Shown here: one piece after another, positions 61,540 through 64,000 of the stretch
Layout of the letters: each line of letters opens with the position of its first letter
How positions within the stretch are numbered: the first letter of the stretch is position 1
Origin: an uncultured Spirochaetota bacterium
GTDB taxonomy: Bacteria; Spirochaetota; Spirochaetia; SZUA-6; Fen-1364
Assembly: GCA_963745235.1 (NCBI GenBank)
Contig: CAVUXE010000053.1
Location: 96,001-160,000 of the forward strand
Length of the DNA: 64,000 nt
Reading direction: 5' to 3'
The notes under the pieces: model-generated
What the model saw: the letters and a program-made list of their open reading frames with translations, nothing else
What the model was told of the DNA's origin: nothing
Databases searched by the model: none
Translations under genes and position numbers: made by a program

Positions 61540-62202
61540 CTACAGGTCCCTGGACGGGCAAAGGTCCCGGACCGGACATCCCGCGTGATCCGGCTTGCGC
61601 GCTGCGCAGCAGCGGCGCCCATGGAACGTGACCGCATGCGAAAACGCAGTCCACTGGCCGGGAGGCAGGAGAGCGTTTATGTCCTCCTCGATCCTGTCCG
61701 GATCATCACTCTCCGTCAGGCCCAGGCGCAGGGTGACCCGGCGGAAGTGTGTATCCACCACGATTGCCGGCCTGCCAAAACACGTCCCAAGAACGACGTT
61801 GGCGGTCTTTCGACCAACCCCGGGAAGGGTAAGCAACTCCTCCATGGTGGAGGGAAAGCCTGCGGGAAAGCCCGTGACAAGGGCGGCAGAGGCGCCTTTG
61901 ATGCTTTTTGCCTTGTTATGGAAGAAACCCGTCGAACGAATGAGCGCTTCCAGCTCTTCGATGCTGGATTTCGCCATGGCCGCCGGCGTGGCAAATCGCT
62001 TGAAAAGCGCAGGCGTCACCTTGTTTACCCGTTCATCCGTGCACTGGGCGGCGAGGATGGTCGCGACGAGAAGCTGGAACGCATCCGTGTGGTCGAGCAT
62101 GCACCGTGCGTCAGGGTAGGAGGCGATCAGGATCCTGGCGATTTTCCTGGCGCGCGCGGCCAGCCCGGCGTCACGCGCGTGTGCGGGCTTTGGAGTTCGC
62201 AT
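61540..62202 (-). CDS. nth: Endonuclease III
   Basis: LAAQCTD, HhH LPGVGRKTANVV, VDTH, C-terminal Fe-S motif. Confidence 0.95.
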   Translation of the reverse strand: MRTPKPAHARDAGLAARARKIARILIASYPDARCMLDHTDAFQLLVATILAAQCTDERVNKVTPALFKRFATPAAMAKSSIEELEALIRSTGFFHNKAKSIKGASAALVTGFPAGFPSTMEELLTLPGVGRKTANVVLGTCFGRPAIVVDTHFRRVTLRLGLTESDDPDRIEEDINALLPPGQWTAFSHAVTFHGRRCCAARKPDHAGCPVRDLCPSRDL

Positions 62203-62264
62203 ATGCTTCCTTAGAATCTATCCTTTTCCTTTACTTTGCTGCAACCGGTGATTATATCTTTGCC

Positions 62265-62726
62265 ATGATCCATGCCATTTACCAGCTGCTTGGCCGGCTT
62301 GGCTACGATCACCCCATCCATCCGCCGGCCACGCACGTCACCATAGGGCTCACGATTGGAACGCTTGTCTTCGGCCTGATCTCGGTCATCTTCCGACGCC
62401 CCCGACTGAAACTTACGGCCTGGCATTGCGCCTTGCTTGCCACAGTGAGCGTTGTCCCCACGGCTCTCCTTGGCCTGATGGATTGGCAGGAGAAGCTCCA
62501 TGGGCAATGGATTGCGCCCATCATCATAAAGATGATCCTTGCGGGAGCGCTGTTCGTCGTCCTGTTCGTTGCCCTCTTCCTGGGAAGCGGGGCTCAGGGT
62601 GAGACCGTCGGCGGTTCCCAGAGCGTGTGGCGCAGCCCGAGAGCCATTGTCGCCCTTTGTCTGTATGGGGTGTGCTTCTGCCTTGTCACCCTGCTGGGCT
62701 ACTACGGCGCCAGCCTGGTTTATTGA
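62265..62726 (+). CDS. DUF2231-like membrane protein
   Basis: HPIHPPATH, TALLGLMDW, LGYYGASLVY; four TM helices. Confidence 0.75.
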   Translation: MIHAIYQLLGRLGYDHPIHPPATHVTIGLTIGTLVFGLISVIFRRPRLKLTAWHCALLATVSVVPTALLGLMDWQEKLHGQWIAPIIIKMILAGALFVVLFVALFLGSGAQGETVGGSQSVWRSPRAIVALCLYGVCFCLVTLLGYYGASLVY

Positions 62727-62776
62727 CGGGCAACCCTGCGCTGATCAGGGCGGCGCGGCGCAAGGAATCGGGGTTC

Positions 62777-62829
62777 TTGACAAGGCCCTGATTCTGCATT
62801 TCAATTCGCATCTCTCATAAATATTCCAC
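62777..62829 (+). promoter_or_regulatory. argR promoter overlapped by ARG box(es)
   Basis: TTGACA-17-TTCAAT; TCTGCATTTCAATTCGCA resembles WNTGAATWWWWATTCANW; second partial box CATAAATATTC. Confidence 0.6.
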
Positions 62830-62875
62830 GCGCGATCCCGGCAAGGACCAGCAGCGACGCGCAAGGAGGACTGAT

Positions 62876-63329
62876 CTGAAAAGTCAGGAAGCGCGACGCC
62901 GGTTGATCCACGGCATCCTGCACTCGGAAAAGATCCACAGCCAGGAGGAGCTCCTGAAGCGGCTGGAGAGGGAGGGCATCGACGTGACGCAGGCAACCCT
63001 CTCGCGTGACCTGAAGTTCCTCGGTGTCGCCAGAATACCGGATCAGGACGGTGAATACGTCTACACGGTGGACGCGCCTGTCGACGTCGCCCCGGATCCC
63101 TTCATGCGTGACGACATGCGTCGCGAGATCGTGAGCATCGATTTCTCGGGGAACCTGGCGGTCATAAAGACCAAGATGGGGCACGCGGCCGGGCATCGCC
63201 TTCGGCATCGACCAGCTGAAGATGAAAGACGTGATCGGAACGGTGGGCGGGGACGACACGCTCCTGGTCGTGCTTCGCGAAGGCACCGACAGGGGCAGGC
63301 TTCTCAAGGAGCTCATGGGAGAGGCATAG
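62876..63329 (+). CDS. argR: Arginine repressor; CTG start; +1 frameshift ~63191
   Basis: SQEELL, VTQATLSRDL, VIKT..G.A, GTVGGDDTLLV. Confidence 0.92.
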
Positions 63330-63475
63330 GCCATTCGTCCCCGGCACGCGCACCCCGGCATGCAGGGGCGCCGGGAGCGGACACGCGGAGCGGGCCGCCT
63401 TGACCCCGCCGGTGGAATGACGTACGTTTCCACCCGGCGGGAAATCTCCGGCATGCGATGCAGCTTCCCGTGCGG

Positions 63476-63548
63476 CGGGATGTAGCCTAGCGGCTAAGGC
63501 GCCTGCTTTGGGAGCAGGAGATCGTTGGTTCGAATCCAATCATCCCGA
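63476..63548 (+). tRNA. tRNA-Pro(TGG)
   Basis: CGGGATG acceptor stem, CCTGC-TTTGGGA-GCAGG anticodon arm, GGTTCGAATCC; upstream TTGACC-17-TACGTT. Confidence 0.95.
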
Positions 63549-63552
63549 TCTC

Positions 63553-63626
63553 GCGTCCATAGCTCAGCTGGATAGAGCAACAGCCTTCTAAGCTGTGGGT
63601 CGCCCGTTCGAGTCAGGCTGGACGCG
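63553..63626 (+). tRNA. tRNA-Arg(TCT)
   Basis: GCGTCCA/TGGACGC acceptor stem, ACAGC-CTTCTAA-GCTGT anticodon arm, TTCGAGT T-loop. Confidence 0.93.
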
Positions 63627-63660
63627 ATTCCGTTGCAGCCTTGTTGCTTTGGAGCCTGAC

Positions 63661-64000
63661 ATGACACCCCGTGAGAATCTGTCCCTTCTCGTCTCTGGCG
63701 CCTCTCCGCAGTGGATCCCGTTCACTCTCGATATTGGCGGGTCGGAGGGGTTCACGACGGCGATCCAGCGCCGCTTCGAGCAGGAAACGGGCGCGAAGGA
63801 CCCGGCCGAGTACTTCGACTTCGATTTCCGCACGGCCGAGCTGCCCCGGAGCTTCGGCGGGGAAGACCCGAGGCGGTGGAGCCCTGAGGCCCCCGCGGGC
63901 ACGGTCTTTGACGAGTGGGGGATCGGGCATTGGGCGGGCGGCGCGGAGGACACGTACGAGCGGATCTTCGCTCCCTTTGCCGCCGTGAAGGGGGAAAAGG
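63661..64000 (+). CDS. Probable uroporphyrinogen decarboxylase (URO-D/MtaA-CmuA) family protein, N-terminal part
   Basis: MTPREN...P.WIP...FDEWGIG N-terminal pattern; runs off window end. Confidence 0.55.
   Translation, partial: MTPRENLSLLVSGASPQWIPFTLDIGGSEGFTTAIQRRFEQETGAKDPAEYFDFDFRTAELPRSFGGEDPRRWSPEAPAGTVFDEWGIGHWAGGAEDTYERIFAPFAAVKGEK

Noticed and set aside
63602-63618. Defective tRNA-Arg (C-A mismatch in T stem)
   Set aside because: A single mismatch with all other arms intact; tolerated or a base-call error
63627-64000. Genomic island integrated at tRNA-Arg
   Set aside because: The next gene is a metabolic enzyme with host-like GC; no integrase or att duplication is visible in the window

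Overview
A 64-kb stretch of GC-rich (~65%) bacterial core chromosome. It is most likely from a free-living spirochaete (Spirochaetia), inferred from the murB-cysS-ECF sigma/anti-sigma order, the dksA-infA pair, the PyrBI fusion, the XPB helicase and the double-cNMP protein. It holds ~60 CDSs (central, sugar, nucleotide and amino-acid metabolism, translation, DNA repair, an ABC sugar transporter), three tRNAs (Cys, Pro, Arg) and one complete ISAzo13-family IS. I found no CRISPR, prophage or defence island. Eleven genes carry 14 single-base frameshifts, including essential infA, so these are probably long-read consensus errors. Five of them share the same CCGGCA->CCGGGCA change, possibly a DNA-methylation footprint. 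Best candidates for new biology: (i) a promoter-hairpin-terminator unit (~95-nt sRNA or uORF attenuator) upstream of clpP; (ii) a structured leader driving a stand-alone 56-aa Zn-ribbon microprotein; (iii) a catalytically dead DEAD-box/DbpA protein coupled to trmB; (iv) an MBL hydrolase with a histone-H1-like tail; (v) a tRNA-Cys transcribed antisense inside an apparent operon. All calls are by eye; no database searches were run.
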